A DNA stretch of 64,000 nucleotides from Raja brachyura (taxonomy: Eukaryota), in assembly GCA_963514005.1 (NCBI GenBank), contig OY740808.1:14384001-14448000 (forward strand), given 5' to 3'. Positions within the stretch are counted from its first letter, which is position 1. Every line of letters begins with the position of its first letter. This document shows positions 62,433 to 64,000 of the stretch, in pieces. The position numbers and the translations under genes were made by a program. Under the pieces are notes generated by a model, which was given only the letters and a program-made list of their open reading frames with translations, ran no database searches and was not told where the DNA came from.

Positions 62433-64000
62433 AATGTTCAAGTTAAAAAGAGGCATTCTTAATGACAGAATGCATGAATGTAACTTTACAGGATCTTGAC
62501 CCGAAATGTCACCCATTCCTTCTCTCGAGAGATGCTGCTAGTCCTGCTGAGTTACTCCAGCTTATTGTGTCTATCTTTGGTTTAAACCAGCATCTGCAAT
62601 TCCTTCTTACACAAACGTAACTTATGATTGGTCTTTCAGCTTCAAGCAGCTGAGAGGAAGGGGACTGGAATTGCTGGTTGGGGATGAGTTTGTGGTGTAA
62701 CTGAAAACACTGAGCTGGAGTGACCGACCAGGCCTCTGTTTGAGATTGTGCTAATCCTCTGCAGCCACCTGCTCTTTGGATACTGCTGGCACTGTCACCT
62801 TGGTTGTTACACAAGTTGATCCAGTCTGCAGATGGCAAATAGTGGCCAGGCAGCAGAAAGTAAAGCCTTATTATGAGTGCTCTGATGGCCTTCTGACAGA
62901 AGGAACAACAGGAAAAAATGTCAATGAATAACAATTAATGGAGGAAACAAATTTACTTAAGATGCATTTAACATTTATTTAATTAAAAAGTTACATGGCA
63001 GAAACCCTATTCAAATGACTAGGTCACACCAAGACATAAAAGCTCTGTCTGATGTAAAATGGATTTCAGATTAAAAACTGTATCCATTGCTTCAACTCTG
63101 AACATCACCGATACCATTCAGAACAAATGGAATGAACTGCACTGGCAAAAGACAGGAGCAATAGCGGACAGATACTCAAACTGGCAGGTGGTGATGAAAA
63201 GTTCCCATAAAAAACTGTTGGTAGAACAACTGAAGAAAGGTCTCGATCCGAAACGTCACCCATTCCTTCTCCCCAGTGATGCTGCCTGTCCCGCTGAGTT
63301 ACTCCAGCTTTTTGTGTCTATCTTCGGTTTAAACCAGCATCTGCAATTCCTTCCAACACATACAGCATATTATAAATCTCAGATGATGTGGCAGAAAACA
63401 ATGCATCTTGGTTTGACATTGTTTACAATTATTTCCTCCCTCCTTTTGTATCACTGCATATAGAAACAGTGATTGAAGGGTTACGTGAATTGGCAAAACT
63501 ATGTCAAACGAATTTCAATGCAGGCAAATGTGAGCTTGTTTACTTCAGAAACAAAAAGATGAGAAAAATGTTTATGAAAGGATTGGAAAGGAGCCTGTGT
63601 GTATGGGCTATTAATATATCACGAATGCTGTAGAAAATAGTCAAAAAGGCTAATGAATCTGTGCCTTAATATTTAGAGAACGATAATGCAAAGGTTTACT
63701 AATCACACGAGACCTAAATATGGAATACTGTGTTCAGTTGCAGATATTAACTACCTTTGGAAGGATATAGTATCCTGTGAGCACGGCATGCGTTCACACA
63801 ATGTCTGAATTGCAAGGATCAAGCGATATCTACGCCGTATTTCTCATAGGCTCTGGCAGCCCCAAACGTTTTTGTACATTTTTCCCCACTGTAATTTACA
63901 CTAAATGAAATTGTTGATGCCATATAGGAATGGCAGCAATTATTTTTTACTTTAGCAAACTACCAGAAATATTCATTTGATAATGTCCAGATTACAGTGT

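Noticed and set aside
56854-64000. DGCR2 exons 1-2 (signal peptide, LDLa)
   Set aside because: No CxxxQFxC..CIP..WxCDG-type sequence seen; they presumably lie beyond the window.

Overview
Vertebrate genomic DNA. The repeat landscape (CR1/HER1-like LINEs, HE1-like SINEs, Penelope fold-backs) points to a cartilaginous fish, probably a skate or ray; the taxon is inferred. Three spliced genes are present. (1) A complete six-coding-exon RNF185 on + (2007-20335, 198 aa). (2) The last two exons of a diverged PIK3IP1-like gene on - (31704-33189), each with an apparent 1-nt frameshift. (3) Exons 3-10 of DGCR2 on - (39503-56853); exons 1-2 were not found in the window. A 200-N gap (35186-35385) separates the PIK3IP1-like block from a CpG/CCAAT promoter and the start of an unidentified gene. 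The rest is mostly transposon-derived: two Gypsy LTR relics, a young CR1 with an open RT frame, Rex/Babar-like LINEs, Penelope elements with hammerhead-like motifs, SINEs and a MITE. I found no convincing wholly new system. The best leads are a synonymous-only, splice-site-flanked mini-copy of the DGCR2 transmembrane exon, the disrupted PIK3IP1-like gene with LIMK2 missing, an AG|GTAAGT recursive-splice-like exon, the hammerhead motifs and an orphan spliced ORF. Comparisons with human proteins and exon sizes are from memory, not from a database search. Repeat boundaries are approximate.
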